The notes under the pieces are model-generated. The model was not told where the DNA came from. It saw only the letters and a program-made list of their open reading frames with translations, and did no database searches. A stretch of DNA of 1,492 nucleotides from Naegleria gruberi (Eukaryota): NCBI GenBank assembly GCA_000004985.1, contig GG739403.1. One strand, 5' to 3'. Positions within the stretch are counted from its first letter, which is position 1. Every line of letters starts with the position of its first letter. Below, piece by piece: positions 1-1,492 of this stretch. Position numbers and translations under genes: made by a program.

Positions 1-77
1 ATGTACTACATGATAATAAAGTTTATTTTGAGATTGTCAACTTTTTCTATTGTATCATCCTTAATTGTCTTAATTGA

Positions 78-296
78 CTAAAAGAAGTCAAGGAGAGATT
101 TCAAATCATAAAATAAATGATATTTTCGAGATGTACTATCGATTTCCAATCGATTGATATGTATTTTTCTGATTGAGGATGTAGTTCTCTTATTGAATAT
201 AACCCTATCCTTCAAAGTCAACGTTGATAAATCACTCCTTACCTTACTATATGATGGAATGTTCACTATAACGTCTGAAAACTGAAGTATATACAT
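78..296 (-). CDS. Hypothetical 72-aa ORF with ATG start; probably a chance ORF
   Basis: Taken from the ORF track. I see no recognisable motif or domain in the translation, and the I/L/S/K/D/R-rich composition is typical of translated AT-rich DNA. No Shine-Dalgarno sequence precedes the ATG. A TATAAAT string lies about 10 nt upstream on the minus strand (reverse complement of 305-312), but such strings are common here. One or two ORFs of 60 aa or more are expected by chance in 1.5 kb at this composition. Confidence 0.1.
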   Translation of the reverse strand: MYILQFSDVIVNIPSYSKVRSDLSTLTLKDRVIFNKRTTSSIRKIHINRLEIDSTSRKYHLFYDLKSLLDFF

Positions 297-401
297 TATT
301 AGAGATTTATAGCATGATTATATGATTTAATTTGAGAGAGGTAACTTGGCCGAACAGCTTGTACATTATAGCGAGAGTTGACTTCCAAGTATATATTAGA
401 G

Positions 402-429
402 TTTTTGGGTTTGGGTTTGGGTTTGGGTT
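402..429. repeat. Hexanucleotide microsatellite (TTTGGG)n on + strand / (CCCAAA)n on - strand: four perfect units at 404-427 with partial TT units on each side
   Basis: Read directly. 401-430 is gtttttgggtttgggtttgggtttgggtta, with four perfectly phased TTTGGG units. The minus-strand translation gives the PNPNPNPNP run in the 63-aa ORF. Confidence 0.9.
407..427 (+). other. Putative G-quadruplex-forming sequence G3-T3-G3-T3-G3-T3-G3 (G-rich on + strand, C-rich on - strand)
   Basis: Four GGG tracts at 407-409, 413-415, 419-421 and 425-427 are separated by 3-nt TTT loops. This fits the canonical G3+N1-7 x4 quadruplex pattern. Confidence 0.5.
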
Positions 430-432
430 AGA

Positions 433-507
433 CGAAAACCCATCGACGACTAACGAACGGCCAATATTGAGTATCTGAATTTCATATATGTCATTCAAAT
501 ATAAATA
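433..507 (+). promoter_or_regulatory. Promoter-like module: CpG-dense patch (433-459), CCAAT box (461-465), TATAAATA box (500-507), all + orientation
   Basis: There are 5 CpG in 27 bp at 433-459 (gaCGaaaacccatCGaCGactaaCGaaCGg), against roughly two dozen CpG in the whole window. ggCCAATat and TATAAATA follow at about 40-bp spacing. No convincing ORF lies downstream on + (nearest ATG at 605 gives a 9-codon peptide). TATA-like strings are frequent in DNA this AT-rich, so the call is speculative. Confidence 0.12.
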
Positions 508-1114
508 AAAAGCTTATATTGTAACGAAGCAGTCATATCTCAAAGTAGTTATAGAGATAATCAACTCTGATAAAATAAAAGTTAGGTTTTCCCGGTATTA
601 CTCTATGAATATGGAGATCGCCGGTCTGGATTAAATATATGTAGTAGATATAAATATGAGTTGACTATATTCGCAAATAAATTTGAAAAATATCATTGCG
701 TTCAAAAATAATAAGGCACTTCCTGAAATATTAAGGTTTTTACCCTAGTAGGTCTAAAATTTCAAAGTTGGGTTGAAATGTAAATTTTAATATATTGTAG
801 ATATATAGATGAATAGATGATATTATGAATTAATCATGTTGAATCGGTGTATTTAATAAGTTACAACATGTTTAAAAATTAACTTTCTAACATTTATTGT
901 ACTATTATATGAATGTTATTACAATCATCACTAATCTCATATATATGATGTACAATGATGATATTCACATTGTAGAAGTGTTGAAAGTATAATATATAAT
1001 ATCCTTAGTAAACTGTACTCATTCTACTTTAATTGACCAAGATATTGAGCCATACTATGGAAACACTATACCAATTTATTAAACTTGTTAATATTGTAAT
1101 AAACATCAAATATA

Positions 1115-1136
1115 ATCATATATAATTGAAATAATT
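1115..1136 (+). repeat. Copy A of a 22-bp direct repeat (atcatatataattgaaataatt)
   Basis: Matches 1264-1285 (atgatatgtaattgaaataatt) at 20/22 positions. Its first 10 nt (atcatatata) recur perfectly at 1293-1302. Confidence 0.5.
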
Positions 1137-1263
1137 ATTATTGGATCCATATTCAGACTGTAGGAAGTCAACTTGTGTGAAAATGACAATATCGGTTATT
1201 GAAGGATGAATATCTTACATGACTTAATTCCACTCATTGATACATGTCTAACTATCATGTTTT

Positions 1264-1289
1264 ATGATATGTAATTGAAATAATTGAAA
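1264..1289 (+). repeat. Copy B of the 22-bp direct repeat; it contains a tandem 9-mer taattgaaa x2 (1272-1280, 1281-1289)
   Basis: Read directly. gtaattgaaataattgaaatc carries two adjacent perfect taattgaaa units. Copy A carries one perfect unit plus a degenerate one (taattatta). Confidence 0.5.
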
Positions 1290-1322
1290 TCTATCATATA
1301 TATAGGTAGATAACCAATTAGG

Positions 1323-1492
1323 ATGAGAGTAGGGGAAGTTACGCTCACTATTTACCAGGTAAACACTTTCAATAGGGACCCATATATTTTATTTGATTAT
1401 ATCGTACATCTATGCATTTTATCGATAAATAATTGGTTTCATGATTGTATTTTCTATATTTCCAATTTGGGAAGTGTTGCAATGTCAATACT
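1323..1492 (+). CDS. Open frame running off the 3' window edge (ATG at 1323; 56 complete codons, frame open from 1314): MRVGEVTLTIYQVNTFNRDPYILFDYIVHLCILSINNWFHDCIFYISNLGSVAMSI...; possible 5' end of a gene, or chance
   Basis: Translated by hand. There is no stop from 1314 to the end of the window. It is not in the ORF track, presumably because it is incomplete or under 60 aa. TATATATA at 1297-1304 lies about 20 bp upstream. AGGA abuts the ATG with no spacer, so it is not a functional SD. A stop-free run of this length is expected about once in the window by chance. Confidence 0.12.
   Translation, partial: MRVGEVTLTIYQVNTFNRDPYILFDYIVHLCILSINNWFHDCIFYISNLGSVAMSI

Noticed and set aside
402-429. 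TTTGGG repeat as telomeric or interstitial telomere sequence (TTTGGG/TTGGGG are the Paramecium telomere repeats; the AT content is also Paramecium-like)
   Set aside because: Only four units are present. The position is internal and flanked by unique sequence, with no degenerate telomere-associated repeats. A hexamer microsatellite in any AT-rich eukaryote explains it equally well. A quick test of the region after the TATA box with the ciliate code (TAA/TAG=Gln) still hits TGA at 662-664.
591-629. GC-richer patch cccggtattactctatgaatatggagatcgccggtctgga with an embedded ATG (605), as a small gene or GC-cluster element
   Set aside because: The ATG opens only a 9-codon frame (MNMEIAGLD*). The two ccggt copies are just a 5-mer direct repeat. 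There is no structure or homology I can recognise.
753-790. Small hairpins (for example the atttcaa/ttgaaat 7-bp stem with 7-nt loop at 759-779) as terminators or miRNA precursors
   Set aside because: The stems are short, AT-only and thermodynamically weak. There is no U-tract or extended precursor-like stem. Such inverted 7-mers are abundant by chance in AT-rich sequence.
925-961. snoRNA C-box-like motifs (atgatga at 955-961 on +; gtgatga on - as the reverse complement of 925-931)
   Set aside because: No D box (CUGA) sits at the appropriate distance on either strand, and no terminal stem is present. RUGAUGA-like heptamers are common in AT-rich DNA.
15-1104. AATAAA polyadenylation-like hexamers (15-20, 113-118, 504-509, 675-680, 1099-1104 and others) and numerous TATA-like strings
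   Set aside because: They are far too frequent in DNA of this composition to be informative without transcript evidence.
376-1173. 11-bp inverted repeat agttgacttcc (376-386) / ggaagtcaact (1163-1173), about 790 bp apart, as candidate MITE or transposon terminal inverted repeats
   Set aside because: The match does not extend by even one base on either side. No target-site duplication is evident. An exact 11-mer inverted match is expected roughly 0.1-0.3 times by chance in 1.5 kb. No known TIR consensus (Tourist, Stowaway, hAT, CACTA) is present.
1-1492. tRNA, SINE, rRNA and CRISPR features
   Set aside because: No B-box (GGTTCGANNCC) or A-box (TRGCNNAGTGG) motifs and no cloverleaf-compatible segments were seen. 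No regularly spaced direct repeats of CRISPR size exist. Nothing resembles conserved rRNA segments.

Overview
This 1,492-bp window is AT-rich (about 70-75% A+T by eye) and looks like ordinary non-coding DNA with no exciting novel system. Stop codons are dense in all six frames. The track shows only two short minus-strand ORFs (72 and 63 aa); neither resembles a known protein, and the 63-aa one is largely a translated microsatellite. There are no tRNA, rRNA or snoRNA signatures, no CRISPR-like arrays, and no clear transposon termini. The most concrete element is a (TTTGGG)4 hexanucleotide microsatellite at 402-429, which is also a canonical G-quadruplex motif. It is followed by a small CpG-dense patch, a CCAAT box and a TATAAATA box about 40 bp further downstream. 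A 22-bp direct repeat (20/22 identical) occurs at 1115-1136 and 1264-1285. A stop-free frame of at least 56 codons runs off the 3' edge at 1323-1492. The overall character (AT-rich, low coding density, simple-sequence repeat, mild CpG depletion, ubiquitous TATA-like strings) fits eukaryotic intergenic or intronic DNA, possibly plant-like. Organism assignment from sequence alone is weak.
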